64,000 nucleotides of DNA from assembly GCA_964516395.1 (NCBI GenBank), contig CAZEYU010000004.1, positions 1,348-65,347 on the forward strand, in the 5' to 3' direction. Source of the stretch: an uncultured Candidatus Thioglobus sp. (GTDB taxonomy: Bacteria; Pseudomonadota; Gammaproteobacteria; PS1; Pseudothioglobaceae). The notes beneath the pieces are model-generated. The model was not told the DNA's origin. It was given only the letters and a program-made list of their open reading frames with translations, and made no database searches. This document shows, in pieces, positions 51,300 to 61,601 of the stretch (its first letter is position 1; each line of letters begins with the position of its first letter). Position numbers and translations under genes: made by a program.

Positions 51300-52877
51300 T
51301 TATTCAGCTTGATCTGATTCAGCCTGCTCAGCAGCATCAGCATCGGTTTGTGGTTTGTCCAAAATAATTGCTTCACTCACTAGTTGGTGAACGCTGACAA
51401 TCATGTATGGATCAAAATCAAATTTAGGTAGCACTTTAGAGAACTGTGATTTACAAATTGCACAAATCGCTGCTAAAGTATCTACGCCATTATTTTTTTC
51501 TACTTCTTTTAGTGCTTGCATTCTTGGCATTGCACCTTTAACACGTATCTCCATTAAGTCATCTGTCAATAGACCACCACCACCGCCACAGCAGAATGTA
51601 GACTCTTTAATGGTTGAACGCTCCATGTCAACGTAATTATTACAAACTGCCTTAATCACCTCACGTGGAAGAATAAATTGTCCGCCTGGAATACCACCCA
51701 TGTTGGTTGCACGAGCAACGTTACATGAATCATGGAAAGTAACCGTACGATCATCGTTTTCACTCTTGTCAAAATTCAACTTACCACGTTGAATTAGATC
51801 ATGAGTGTATTCAATAATATGTTGTGGTTGTGGGTAACGATGATCTAGCTGGTCTTGTAGTTTTTGACCAAATTCATCACTTGCGCCAGCGCCAACACCA
51901 GATAATGTATTCCAAAAACTATAGGCAACACGCCAAGCATGACCACACTCACCCACCATAACACGTGACACTTCAAGATCTAGTGCTGCTTTACGAATTC
52001 TAAGTGCTGCTTTACGCATCACATCATAAGAGCCAATAAACATACCGAAGTTTGCACCTTCAGATGCGTATGAACTCATCGTCCAAGAAACACCATCTTG
52101 ATAGAAAACTTTACCATAGCCAATCAAGCCATCAATATGAGGCTCTGCAAAAAAGTCTGCTGATGGTGTAATTAATAAAATTTCAGCACCTTTTTGATCA
52201 AGTGGGTACTTAACAGGTGCACCAAAATCTTCTTCAACTTCCTCTTCAAGGTCAAGCAACGTGTCTTTAAGCGCTGGTTCTGGCAAACCAAGATTGTTAC
52301 CAATGGTAAGTGCCTTGCCTAGAATTTGGTTACAATATTTTTGACCAAGACCAACTGTGTCTAATACTTCACGTGCGGCCATTGAAATTTCAGCCGTATC
52401 AATTCCGTAAGGACAGAATACTGAACAACGACGACACTGTGAACATTGATGAAAATAGTTATACCAATCATCAAGCATCTCATCATCTAATTCTTTTGCA
52501 CCCACTAATTTAGGGAAATATTTACCTGCAAAAGTAAAGTGACGACGATACACACTACGGAATAAATCCTGACGTGCAACTGGCATATTTTTAGGATCTG
52601 ACGAACCTAAGAAATAATGACATTTATCAGTACATGCACCACATTTAACACATGAATCTAGAAATACTTGAACAGAACGATACTTAGATTTAAGTTCGCC
52701 CATCTTAGCAATAGCAACTTCCTGCCAATTGTCTATTTTTTCACCAGGAAAACCTAATGGGTTTTGAAACTCTTCTGAAGACTTAAATGGACCCTCACCA
52801 TCCATAATACCTTCATTTAATTCAGGAATCTGGATGTAAGTTGGTAATTCTGGGATATCAAATTCTTTAGCAGCCAT
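51300..52877 (-). CDS. dsrK: DsrK, HdrD-like
   Basis: CVKCGACTDKC, CSQCRRCSVFCP, ECGH, HDSC, CCGGGGG, CAIC. Confidence 0.95.
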   Translation of the reverse strand: MAAKEFDIPELPTYIQIPELNEGIMDGEGPFKSSEEFQNPLGFPGEKIDNWQEVAIAKMGELKSKYRSVQVFLDSCVKCGACTDKCHYFLGSSDPKNMPVARQDLFRSVYRRHFTFAGKYFPKLVGAKELDDEMLDDWYNYFHQCSQCRRCSVFCPYGIDTAEISMAAREVLDTVGLGQKYCNQILGKALTIGNNLGLPEPALKDTLLDLEEEVEEDFGAPVKYPLDQKGAEILLITPSADFFAEPHIDGLIGYGKVFYQDGVSWTMSSYASEGANFGMFIGSYDVMRKAALRIRKAALDLEVSRVMVGECGHAWRVAYSFWNTLSGVGAGASDEFGQKLQDQLDHRYPQPQHIIEYTHDLIQRGKLNFDKSENDDRTVTFHDSCNVARATNMGGIPGGQFILPREVIKAVCNNYVDMERSTIKESTFCCGGGGGLLTDDLMEIRVKGAMPRMQALKEVEKNNGVDTLAAICAICKSQFSKVLPKFDFDPYMIVSVHQLVSEAIILDKPQTDADAAEQAESDQAE

Positions 52878-52878
52878 G

Positions 52879-53652
52879 TTATTCGTCCTTACCTAATGTT
52901 TGTTCTAATCGTACCTCATGTTCCGCTTCTTGTTTTAGAGCCCATGGTGATACATGACGCTTCTTGCGAGCATCATCAACTTGATTTCGAGTTGGTGAGA
53001 AAAATACACCCGGAACATGCAACAATTTAGAAATTGGGAAAATTGCTAACAATACAAATACCATAAACAAGTGTACTAATAGGTTTGTATCAGTCGGTAA
53101 ATCTGCCCAGTTAAAAGTTACTAGTCCGGAAGCAAAATCTTTCACTGACATGATGTCTGTATGATTTTCAGTAAATGTCATTATCGCACCACTAAAGCCA
53201 ATTACTATCAACATTAATAACATTAAGTAATCACTCGGTGCTGAAATGTAACGAATACGTTGTACAAAAATACGACGTGCTAACAAGCCCAATAGACCAA
53301 TAACCATTGCAAAAGCAGCGTATTTAAATGGCTGCATAAGTAAGAAAATTTCAGGCAAGTCGCCTGGAACAAAATAACGTAGATGGCGTACTAAAACTAG
53401 TAGCAATCCAAAATGGAATAAAAATCCGAACAACCAGATCCATTTATTTGATTTGAATAGACTTTCAAATAAAGTCACTTCACGAATCATGCGCATTACC
53501 ACACCTGTTTGTGTTAATTGGGTTGGTGCAGTAGGAATTTTTAAAGGTGCTGGGGTGATCCAAAATTGATAGATCTTTCTACCCATACCAACTAAAAATA
53601 TCGCTAACGAAATATAAAATAAAGCGGTAAAAATAATGCTTATTGTTGACAT
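52879..53652 (-). CDS. dsrM: DsrM, NarI-like cytochrome b
   Basis: FHFG...VRHLR, RYIS, VHL, PISKLLH. Confidence 0.94.
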   Translation of the reverse strand: MSTISIIFTALFYISLAIFLVGMGRKIYQFWITPAPLKIPTAPTQLTQTGVVMRMIREVTLFESLFKSNKWIWLFGFLFHFGLLLVLVRHLRYFVPGDLPEIFLLMQPFKYAAFAMVIGLLGLLARRIFVQRIRYISAPSDYLMLLMLIVIGFSGAIMTFTENHTDIMSVKDFASGLVTFNWADLPTDTNLLVHLFMVFVLLAIFPISKLLHVPGVFFSPTRNQVDDARKKRHVSPWALKQEAEHEVRLEQTLGKDE

Positions 53653-53682
53653 ATTGCTCTCAAACTCTATGTGTAAAAATGT

Positions 53683-53711
53683 AAAAAACACCCGCATACG
53701 CAGGTGTTTTT
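53683..53711 (-). terminator. Intrinsic terminator between dsrC and dsrM
   Basis: Minus strand AAAAACACCTGC-GTAT-GCGGGTGTTTTTT. Confidence 0.75.
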
Positions 53712-53726
53712 ATTAATCATACCTAA

Positions 53727-54050
53727 TTAGATACAACCAGTTGGCTTTGGAAGGCCGGCAAAACGACAGCCTTGCTTACCAGGACCATACGGGAATAAAG
53801 AGTATAGGTACTTAGAGTTACCTTTTTCTTTACCGAATTTTTTACCAATCGCCTTTGTTAGTACACGTACTGCTGGTGCAATTTGGTACTCTTCAAAGTA
53901 TTCACGTAAAAAATTAATTACATCCCAATGAGCGTCTGTTAATTCAACGTCGTCATCTTTTGCCATTTGCTTACAAATGTCTTCGTTCCAATCTTTAAGG
54001 TCAACTAAGAAACCTTCTTCATCTACTTCTGCGCCTAAAATATCAGCCAT
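53727..54050 (-). CDS. dsrC: DsrC sulfur carrier
   Basis: DEEGFL, LFPYGP, both C-terminal Cys (GCRFAGLPKPTGCI). Confidence 0.96.
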   Translation of the reverse strand: MADILGAEVDEEGFLVDLKDWNEDICKQMAKDDDVELTDAHWDVINFLREYFEEYQIAPAVRVLTKAIGKKFGKEKGNSKYLYSLFPYGPGKQGCRFAGLPKPTGCI

Positions 54051-54077
54051 TGTATTACTCCTATATATAAATTAAAG

Positions 54078-54374
54078 TTAAACCCAAGAAACCGCAGTTC
54101 CGTGTTCAACAACTAGATCAACAAAACCAGCATAATCAACTAATTTGATATTATCTGCAAGTTTTGGTGAAATTCCTCTCGCTTCAACATCACCTTGAAG
54201 TGCATAAACTCTGCCTTGAGTAGCCAGATCTGCAATCATTGATGAGTTTGCGTTATTCGCCGCGTTAATTACACCGTCTTCAATCAATAAGATAACACTT
54301 GTGTCATCAATTGCATTTAAACAAGACTGTAGCGAATTACGCTCGAAAGATGATTTGTTTACTGTATGTAACAT
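54078..54374 (-). CDS. dsrH: DsrH
   Basis: MLHTVNKS, LIEDGV, DVEARG, DYAGFVDL. Confidence 0.94.
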   Translation of the reverse strand: MLHTVNKSSFERNSLQSCLNAIDDTSVILLIEDGVINAANNANSSMIADLATQGRVYALQGDVEARGISPKLADNIKLVDYAGFVDLVVEHGTAVSWV

Positions 54375-54386
54375 ATTAAATCTCCC

Positions 54387-54791
54387 TTAGAAACTCAAGC
54401 ATACGTCTTGATCAGACATAATTTTTGAAAGTTCAGCATTAGAAACAACTTTAATAGAAGGTTTTTCTTCCCAATCATCATCTTCATCTTCATAAACCAA
54501 AGGCATAAGATCATCTTCACTTAAACCTCTTTCTTCTAAAGATTCAGCTGAAACATAAAGCTTGTTGATGTCGTAATCACCTAAAGCGTGAAAAGTTTTA
54601 GAAAAGTTTTTCATGCCAATGCCATCAGTATTTTGACCTTCAACGATCTGATAAACACCATCATCGATAAATGCTAAAGATACGTCTTGTTCAAAAGCTG
54701 CAGCGATCAAAACCACTTCCAGTGATTCAATTGCATACACGGTGCCAAATGAAGATCGGCGATTTAAATACATAAATTTCTTTGTAGCCAT
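54387..54791 (-). CDS. dsrF: DsrF
   Basis: ESLEVVLIAAAFEQDV, FIDDGVYQ, ESLEERG. Confidence 0.94.
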   Translation of the reverse strand: MATKKFMYLNRRSSFGTVYAIESLEVVLIAAAFEQDVSLAFIDDGVYQIVEGQNTDGIGMKNFSKTFHALGDYDINKLYVSAESLEERGLSEDDLMPLVYEDEDDDWEEKPSIKVVSNAELSKIMSDQDVCLSF

Positions 54792-54792
54792 C

Positions 54793-55194
54793 TTAATCTC
54801 CAAATACCACTAAACGATCTGATTGAATACCAGCTTCAATCAACTGACCTAAACCAGAGATACGAAATGCCGGGTGAATGTTATTACCTTCAACGCCATT
54901 TTTACCTGCTTCAGACTCATCTAACATGCCTCGACGAAGCGCAGCTGCAACACAAACCACAAGCTCAGGATTGCCATCAGCATCTACAATGCCAAGATCT
55001 GCCCAGTTATTAACAACATTACGGTCGTCTTGCGGTGGAACCGTAAAACGTGATGCATTGTTAACACCATCATGGTAGAAAAATACACGAAAAATTTCAT
55101 GTCCATTTTCAATTGCTGCTTTAGCAAATTGGTACGCCGAATCAGACGCTTGGTGCTGATACGGCCCTTCGTTAACTTGAATAGAAAACTTCAT
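54793..55194 (-). CDS. dsrE: DsrE
   Basis: FFYHDGV, VCVAAALRRG, SGLGQL. Confidence 0.95.
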   Translation of the reverse strand: MKFSIQVNEGPYQHQASDSAYQFAKAAIENGHEIFRVFFYHDGVNNASRFTVPPQDDRNVVNNWADLGIVDADGNPELVVCVAAALRRGMLDESEAGKNGVEGNNIHPAFRISGLGQLIEAGIQSDRLVVFGD

Positions 55195-55209
55195 ACTAAA
55201 CTACCTTTC

Positions 55210-56283
55210 TTAGAAACGGATATGAGCAGAAGAATTTAACTGGTGACGTGAACCCTTCCAATCATTGATATGGAATTTAGTAAACGGCAATCCAGTCTTT
55301 TCAAAGAATGCTGGCCAGCCGATACGATCAACCCATTCACCAACTCTTTCCCAATCACGCGCATCATCTTTATATACAGATAAGATTTTCTTAACTACCG
55401 CAGCAGCTTCAGGCCATCTTGGTGGATTGTTAGGAATGTTAGAAGCAACCAACTTATGGAAAGAAGGCTTAGATCTAGCATTTGAGTTCTTACCACCAAT
55501 CCAAATCGCAATGTTTGAATGTGCAGGATCATTAATTTGCATCGGAGGACAAGGTGGGAAACACGCACCACAACAGATACATTTCTTCTCATCAACTTCC
55601 AAAGTAGGTTTACCATTTACCATTGCTGGACGAATCGCAGCTACTGGACAACGAGCAACAACTGTTGGACGCTCACAAACCATTGATACTAAATCGTGGT
55701 TAATTTTAGGCGGCTTAGTGTGTTGAACATTAAGTGCGATATCACCTTGACCACCACAGTTAATAGAACAACATGAAGTTGTCATGTGTACACGGTTAGG
55801 CATGTCTTCTTTTGTAAACTCTTCATGCATCTCATCCATTAGTGATTTAACAACACCTGATGCGTCAGTACCTGGAATATCACAGTGTAACCAACCTTGA
55901 GTATGTGAAATCATTGTTACTGATGGACCAGTACCACCAACAGGGAAGCCTGCTTCAGTTAATGCTGCAATTAATGGCTCAACTTTAGCTTCGTCAGCTA
56001 CCATGTATTCAACATTTGAACGCATAGTAAAGCGAACGTGACCGTCAGCAAACTCATCAGCAATATCTGCTAATTTACGAATTGTGTAAACGTCCATTTG
56101 ACGTTGTGTACCACAACGAACTGTCCAAATCTCTTCATTATTCTTTGAAGTGTGGTGCAATACACCTGGACGAGGACGATCGTGATATGCCCATTGGCCG
56201 TAGTTACGACGCATGGTTGGGTGCATGTATTGAATAGGATCTGGAACTCCAGATTCGATTGGCATTCTTGGTGCTTCAGCCAT
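55210..56283 (-). CDS. dsrB: Reverse dissimilatory sulfite reductase beta subunit
   Basis: HTQGWLHC, SCCSINCG, CICCGAC, ERVGEW. Confidence 0.97.
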   Translation of the reverse strand: MAEAPRMPIESGVPDPIQYMHPTMRRNYGQWAYHDRPRPGVLHHTSKNNEEIWTVRCGTQRQMDVYTIRKLADIADEFADGHVRFTMRSNVEYMVADEAKVEPLIAALTEAGFPVGGTGPSVTMISHTQGWLHCDIPGTDASGVVKSLMDEMHEEFTKEDMPNRVHMTTSCCSINCGGQGDIALNVQHTKPPKINHDLVSMVCERPTVVARCPVAAIRPAMVNGKPTLEVDEKKCICCGACFPPCPPMQINDPAHSNIAIWIGGKNSNARSKPSFHKLVASNIPNNPPRWPEAAAVVKKILSVYKDDARDWERVGEWVDRIGWPAFFEKTGLPFTKFHINDWKGSRHQLNSSAHIRF

Positions 56284-56324
56284 AATATTTTCTCCTAATT
56301 TTTAATTCTTAATTAATTGTTAAA

Positions 56325-57626
56325 TTACGCGTTTGCTTCGGCTTTTCTATCAAACCACTTAATCGCTTCCTCTTCCCACTGATCCATACGTACATATGGA
56401 GAAGTACGAGTAGAATTGATCATATTAGGATCAATTTCCACACCAATACCTTCAAGGAAGTTTGCAATGCCGATACGCTCAATCATTTCACCTGTTCTTT
56501 CGTGCTCTAATGCATTTTCAGCAAAGAAGTCAATTACTTCACCTGCTAAATCTTCTAGCTCTTCAAGATCATCTTCATTGTCAAGTTTCATGAATGGAAC
56601 TACTGTAGTACCAAACAAATCACCAATCTTCAATGTACGCTTACCACCAATTGAAATTGTTACACCTTTGTCATCACCTTGAGCCAAGATAGGATCAACA
56701 TCGCCATCAGCAATGTACTTGTGAGTCAGTGGAGAAGTAACATTTAAACAGTGCATACACTTCACACAGTTCTTGTTATCAATTGTTAATGAGTTGTCAT
56801 CATTTAATGTCATTGCACTTGTTGGGCAACGAGACGTAATGTTATCAACTACGTATTGAGTACCTTTATCTGCAACCATTGCTTTCCATAAGTCTTGATT
56901 GATCTTAATATCGTCTCTCCAAGTACCAATTACTGAAAAGTCAGCACGTTGAATGGAGTTCATACAATCATTTGCACAACCTGATACCTTAAACTTCATC
57001 TTGTAAGGTAGAGCTGGACGGTGCATATCATCAAGGAATGCGTTTACCAATGTACGCATTGCAGCTTGCTCGTTAGTGTTTGACATTTCACAACGTGCAG
57101 CACCAACACAAGACATACCTGTACGTACCGCAGGGCCTGCGCCACCTAAATCAAAACCATAGTCATTGAATGTGTTAAAAATAGTTTGTGTAGTTTCTTC
57201 AGTTGCACCTTGCAACATAATGTCGCCTGACTGGCCATGGAATGCAATCAAGCCAGAACCGCCATTATCAACAAACATGTCACACATATCTCTTAATAGG
57301 CCAGATGTGTAGTGATTACCTGCTGGTGGCATAATACGTAATGTATGGAATTCACCTGCTGCAGGGAATGCATACTCACCGTCTTCACCTTTTAATTCGT
57401 TAAAACGTGGAATAATACCACCACCATAACCAATAACACCTACTGTGCCACCTTTCCAGTAACCTTTTTTAGTTACGTATGATGTTTCTAATGTGCCCAG
57501 TACATCACGTACCATTTCAGCACCCTCATGGTTGTCACCTGCTAGTCTTTTAAGACCTGTTACAAATGAAGGCCATGGACCTTTTTCCAACTCGTCAAGG
57601 TTGGGAGTGTTGTATAAATCTGCCAT
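56325..57626 (-). CDS. dsrA: Reverse dissimilatory sulfite reductase alpha subunit
   Basis: TPNLDELEKGPWPSFV, CVGAARCE, GCANDC, CVKCMHC. Confidence 0.97.
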   Translation of the reverse strand: MADLYNTPNLDELEKGPWPSFVTGLKRLAGDNHEGAEMVRDVLGTLETSYVTKKGYWKGGTVGVIGYGGGIIPRFNELKGEDGEYAFPAAGEFHTLRIMPPAGNHYTSGLLRDMCDMFVDNGGSGLIAFHGQSGDIMLQGATEETTQTIFNTFNDYGFDLGGAGPAVRTGMSCVGAARCEMSNTNEQAAMRTLVNAFLDDMHRPALPYKMKFKVSGCANDCMNSIQRADFSVIGTWRDDIKINQDLWKAMVADKGTQYVVDNITSRCPTSAMTLNDDNSLTIDNKNCVKCMHCLNVTSPLTHKYIADGDVDPILAQGDDKGVTISIGGKRTLKIGDLFGTTVVPFMKLDNEDDLEELEDLAGEVIDFFAENALEHERTGEMIERIGIANFLEGIGVEIDPNMINSTRTSPYVRMDQWEEEAIKWFDRKAEANA

Positions 57627-57695
57627 ATTATCTCTCCGATATATTTAAAAATTTTCTAATAGGATTTTCCTAAATAGAAAATGTGAACGGATCAA

Positions 57696-57763
57696 ATTAT
57701 ACTTAAACGCAAGAAAATACCACTGATTATTAGTGGTATCACCTACTATCCCTTAGGGGGTAT
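57696..57763 (-). promoter_or_regulatory. Candidate dsrA promoter with two dyad operator-like sites
   Basis: TATAAT on the minus strand at 57696-57701; ATACCACT-N7-AGTGGTAT (57717-57739); TATCCC-TTAG-GGGGTA (57747-57762). Confidence 0.55.
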
Positions 57764-57809
57764 ATATAAAGTTTAAGTCAAGAAATGACTTATTCAGAAT
57801 GTGTTTTAA

Positions 57810-59243
57810 TTAACTCAGGTAGTTGTTAACCTGTTGAGCGACATCACGACCTTCATTGATTGCCCAAACTACTAATGATTGGCCACGTCTACAATCACCT
57901 GCGGTAAAAATTCCTTTCTGTGAAGTTTGATAATCTCCATACTTAGCCTTGTAGTTTCCACGCTCATCAAGCTCAATATTGGCATCATTACTAACATAAT
58001 GTTCAGGCGCAACAAAACCCATAGAAAGTAGCACTAATTGCGCGTCCCATGTTTTTTCAGTACCTATAATTTCAGTTAACTGACCATTATTAAGCTCAAC
58101 ATTAATGGTGTTAACACCGCTCACATTACCATTACTATCCTTAATAAATGATTTTGTCATTAATTGATAAGACCTTGGATCACTGCCAAATACTGATTGT
58201 GCTTCTGCATGGCCATAATCCACTCGATAAATAAGTGGCCACTCTGGCCATGGATTATTCTCAGAACGCTCAACTGGAGGTTTTGCCATTAATTCAAAAT
58301 TAACCACTGATTTAGCACCTTGACGAATCGCAGTACCAATACAGTCTGTACCTGTATCGCCACCACCAATAACGATAACATCTTTACCTTTGGCAGACAT
58401 TTTTGAGGTATCTTCACTGCCACTGTCTAATAAACTTTTGGTGTTTTTAGTCAAATATTCCATGGCCAAATGCACACCACCAGCATCACGATTATCAACT
58501 GGTAAATCACGCGCTTCACTAGCACCAGTGGTTAATATTACTGCATCAAACTCTTTTTGCAAAGCTTGCATGGTAATGTCAACACCAACATTAACTTGAG
58601 TAATAAATTCAACACCTGAGTCTTTCAATAAATCAATACGTCTATCAATAATATCTTTTCCAAGCTTCATGTTTGGAATGCCGTACATTAATAAGCCACC
58701 AATACGATCATCGCGCTCAAATACTGTTGCAAGATGACCCAACTTATTAAGCTCATCAGCAGCAGCTAATCCTGCAGGACCAGAACCAACAATAGCTACC
58801 TTCTTACCTGTTCTATATTCAATGCAATCAGGCTTAATCCAACCTTGTTCAAAACCTTTATCGACAATAGCCTGCTCAATACTTTTAATCGTAACTGCAG
58901 GGTTGTTCATACCCAATACGCAGGAACCTTCGCAAGGTGCTGGACAAACACGGCCAGTAAATTCTGGAAAATTATTAGTCTTTAATAAACGTGTCAATGC
59001 TTTTTGCCATTGATCGTTATAAATAAGATCATTCCATTCAGGAATTAAGTTGTTAACTGGACAGCCATCGTCTGATTGACAAAAAGGCACGCCACAATCC
59101 ATACATCTTGCACCCTGCTCTTGTAGTAGCTCTTTATCATGCTTACCTGTAAAAATTTCGCCATAATCCTGAAGACGTAATTCAACGGGGCGATAATCTT
59201 CCGTTTTGCGATCAAATTCTTTAAAGCCTGTTACTTTGCCCAT
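57810..59243 (-). CDS. gltD: Glutamate synthase small subunit
   Basis: [52 protein letters not shown]. Confidence 0.93.
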   Translation of the reverse strand: MGKVTGFKEFDRKTEDYRPVELRLQDYGEIFTGKHDKELLQEQGARCMDCGVPFCQSDDGCPVNNLIPEWNDLIYNDQWQKALTRLLKTNNFPEFTGRVCPAPCEGSCVLGMNNPAVTIKSIEQAIVDKGFEQGWIKPDCIEYRTGKKVAIVGSGPAGLAAADELNKLGHLATVFERDDRIGGLLMYGIPNMKLGKDIIDRRIDLLKDSGVEFITQVNVGVDITMQALQKEFDAVILTTGASEARDLPVDNRDAGGVHLAMEYLTKNTKSLLDSGSEDTSKMSAKGKDVIVIGGGDTGTDCIGTAIRQGAKSVVNFELMAKPPVERSENNPWPEWPLIYRVDYGHAEAQSVFGSDPRSYQLMTKSFIKDSNGNVSGVNTINVELNNGQLTEIIGTEKTWDAQLVLLSMGFVAPEHYVSNDANIELDERGNYKAKYGDYQTSQKGIFTAGDCRRGQSLVVWAINEGRDVAQQVNNYLS

Positions 59244-59349
59244 TACTCTCAAATATTTAATACTAAATCGGGTAATTATACCTCGCAAATGATCGCTAAA
59301 CAAATTGCCATTGGCTAATTCATGTATTTAAAAATAGTATAAGACTGTC

Positions 59350-59378
59350 TTGTGCGCAAGAAAGATTGACTGTATAAT
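59350..59378 (+). promoter_or_regulatory. Sigma70 promoter for rplS
   Basis: TTGTGC-17 bp-TATAAT. Confidence 0.6.
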
Positions 59379-59426
59379 TGCTCTTTTTTGCTAAAAAATT
59401 ATTTTATTTAAAAGGATGGATTTGTC

Positions 59427-59777
59427 ATGAATTTAATTGACCAAATTGAAAGCGAACAACTAAGATCTGATATTCCTGAGTTTTCATCAGGTGATACAGT
59501 TGTGGTTCAAGTAAAAGTACGCGAAGGCAATCGCGAAAGATTACAAGCATTTGAAGGCGTAGTTATCGCTAAGAAAAATCGTGGTCTAGGTTCAGCATTC
59601 ACTGTAAGAAAAATTTCACATGGCGAAGGCGTTGAAAGAGTTTTCCAAACACATTCAAACATGATTGATTCAATCGAAGTTAAACGTCATGGTAAGGTTC
59701 GTCAATCGAAGCTTTACTACCTTCGTGAGCTTACTGGTAAGAAAGCTAGAATTAAAGAAAAATTGGCAACAAAGTAA
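59427..59777 (+). CDS. rplS: 50S ribosomal protein L19
   Basis: [32 protein letters not shown]. Confidence 0.97.
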   Translation: MNLIDQIESEQLRSDIPEFSSGDTVVVQVKVREGNRERLQAFEGVVIAKKNRGLGSAFTVRKISHGEGVERVFQTHSNMIDSIEVKRHGKVRQSKLYYLRELTGKKARIKEKLATK

Positions 59778-59798
59778 ACTAACTTACTTTTTGTTATT

Positions 59799-59826
59799 AA
59801 ATACCGGCACATGCCGGTATTTTTTT
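59799..59826 (+). terminator. Intrinsic terminator after rplS
   Basis: AAATACCGGC-ACAT-GCCGGTATTTTTTT. Confidence 0.85.
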
Positions 59827-59844
59827 GTCTAAAATTTGTTGATA

Positions 59845-60717
59845 ATGAAAAACTCACTCTTAATAGAACAGTTTTTAGATCATTACTGGCTGTCTTCTGG
59901 TGCTAGTAAAAACACACTATCTGCCTATCGTTCAGACCTATCTCTATATGCAAAATGGCTTGATGACTCTTTAATTAACTCTAGTGAAAAGTCAATTCGC
60001 AATTACTTTAAAGATAGGCAGTTCAAAGCATCTACCCAAGCTCGAGTACTCACTTGTTTTAGAGTTTTTTATCAATATTTACTCTCAAATAAACTCATCA
60101 GTAGCAATCCAACTGCAAAATTAATCCACCCCAAACAAATACAAAAATTACCTGTTTTTTTAAGTGTTGATGAAGTTGATAGATTATTAAATGCCCCTGA
60201 TCAAAAAACTATTTTTGGCATGCGTGATCGAGCCATGCTTGAGTTGTTGTATTCTTGTGGATTACGCGTCTCTGAATTAATCAATCTTGAATTTCATCAT
60301 ATTAATACAAACGATGAGTTTATTAGAGTGTTTGGCAAAGGCAACAAAGAAAGAATTTTACCCATGGGTGAATTAGCGATTGAACACCTTAGTAACTATG
60401 AGCAAAAATCTCGCCCTTTTTTAACCAAAAAAGGACAGACAGATCATTATTTTTTAACCAACCGTGGCTCAAACATGAGTAGGCAAAATTTCTTTTATAT
60501 GATCAAAGCTTACGCTAGAAAATCTGATATTAACAAACCACTGTCGCCACACACCTTACGACACGCTTTTGCAACACACCTGGTGCAACAAGGGGCTGAT
60601 CTTCGTAGTGTTCAACTTATGCTGGGTCATAGTGATATATCCACCACACAGATTTATACTCACATTCAAAATACACAACTTAAATCTCAACACTCAAAAC
60701 ATCACCCTCGCGGATAA
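59845..60717 (+). CDS. xerD: Site-specific tyrosine recombinase XerD
   Basis: NTLSAYRSDL, YSCGLRVSEL, GKGNKER, SPHTLRHAFATHL, LGHSDISTTQIY, HHPRG. Confidence 0.93.
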   Translation: MKNSLLIEQFLDHYWLSSGASKNTLSAYRSDLSLYAKWLDDSLINSSEKSIRNYFKDRQFKASTQARVLTCFRVFYQYLLSNKLISSNPTAKLIHPKQIQKLPVFLSVDEVDRLLNAPDQKTIFGMRDRAMLELLYSCGLRVSELINLEFHHINTNDEFIRVFGKGNKERILPMGELAIEHLSNYEQKSRPFLTKKGQTDHYFLTNRGSNMSRQNFFYMIKAYARKSDINKPLSPHTLRHAFATHLVQQGADLRSVQLMLGHSDISTTQIYTHIQNTQLKSQHSKHHPRG

Positions 60718-60740
60718 TTTTTTGTCGTCTTTTTACCTAC

Positions 60741-61067
60741 TACTGTGTTGCACTTATCTTTCACTCAGTCATATAGTCTCACCTATATTCCTTTGCTCAA
60801 TCTATCGTGCGCCTTGTATTAGAAAAAAATACTTGTAAAAAACAGTGTATAAAAATTAGGAAATTTTAAGAATTTACTAACTTTTATCTAAAATTAACGA
60901 CTTTAAAGAGATTTTGATGGCTTTTAACTAGTAAATATTGGATTTTTAATGCTCTTTTGGATTATTTTTTAAAAATTTCGGAAATTTTCAAAATAGGTGT
61001 ATTTGTAAATATTTTTAGTATTCTGCGCGACAGAATGAGAGATGTTTGAAAGAGTGTGCAACTAGTA
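60741..61067. repeat. Paired-box, phased A-tract element, copy 3, with long outer inverted arms
   Basis: TAAAAATTaggAAATTTTA (60850) and AAAAATTTcggAAATTTTC (60971), 121 bp apart; outer imperfect inverted arms 60796-60810/61025-61039 and 60741-60763/61047-61067. Confidence 0.65.
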
Positions 61068-61115
61068 CATGACTGAAAATAGAAATTATTCTAACAAAGC
61101 AAAATGCAAAAATAT

Positions 61116-61592
61116 TTACAAATACTGAACTTCTAGAATTTCATAAACAATATCACCAGCCGGCGCCTTCACTGTCACCTCATCACCTTCTTCATTGCCC
61201 ATTAGTGCACTAGCGATTGGCGAATGACATGAGATCTTATTAAGGTCAATATCAGCTTCATCTTCACCCACAATTTGGTAAGTAATTTCGCTATCATCTT
61301 CAATATTCATCAAGGTAATTGTGGTGCCAAATACACAACGTCCATTTTGAGCAAGCTTAGATACATCAATTACTTGCATACGAGAAAGTTTAGATTCTAC
61401 TTCTTTAATACGACCTTCAATAAACCCTTGTTCTTCTTTAGCAGCATGATATTCAGCATTTTCTTTAAGATCACCATGCGCACGAGCAGTTGCAATCTCT
61501 TGTACGATTCTAGGACGCTCAACATCTTTAAGATTTAACAACTCTTCTTCTAACGCCTTAGCACCAGCAACAGTCATTGGAATATTGTCCAT
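61116..61592 (-). CDS. greA: Transcription elongation factor GreA
   Basis: [33 protein letters not shown]. Confidence 0.97.
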   Translation of the reverse strand: MDNIPMTVAGAKALEEELLNLKDVERPRIVQEIATARAHGDLKENAEYHAAKEEQGFIEGRIKEVESKLSRMQVIDVSKLAQNGRCVFGTTITLMNIEDDSEITYQIVGEDEADIDLNKISCHSPIASALMGNEEGDEVTVKAPAGDIVYEILEVQYL

Positions 61593-61601
61593 GTCTAACT
61601 C

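Noticed and set aside
59845..60717. Phage or island integrase
   Set aside because: Motifs and the HHPRG end match chromosomal XerD; no cargo genes or att repeats nearby.
60569..60838. 89-aa ORF overlapping the xerD 3' end
   Set aside because: Alternative frame, no RBS or motif; probably spurious.
60718..61115. oriC or dif site
   Set aside because: No TTATCCACA DnaA-box cluster and no dif-like TTATGTTAAAT arm recognised.
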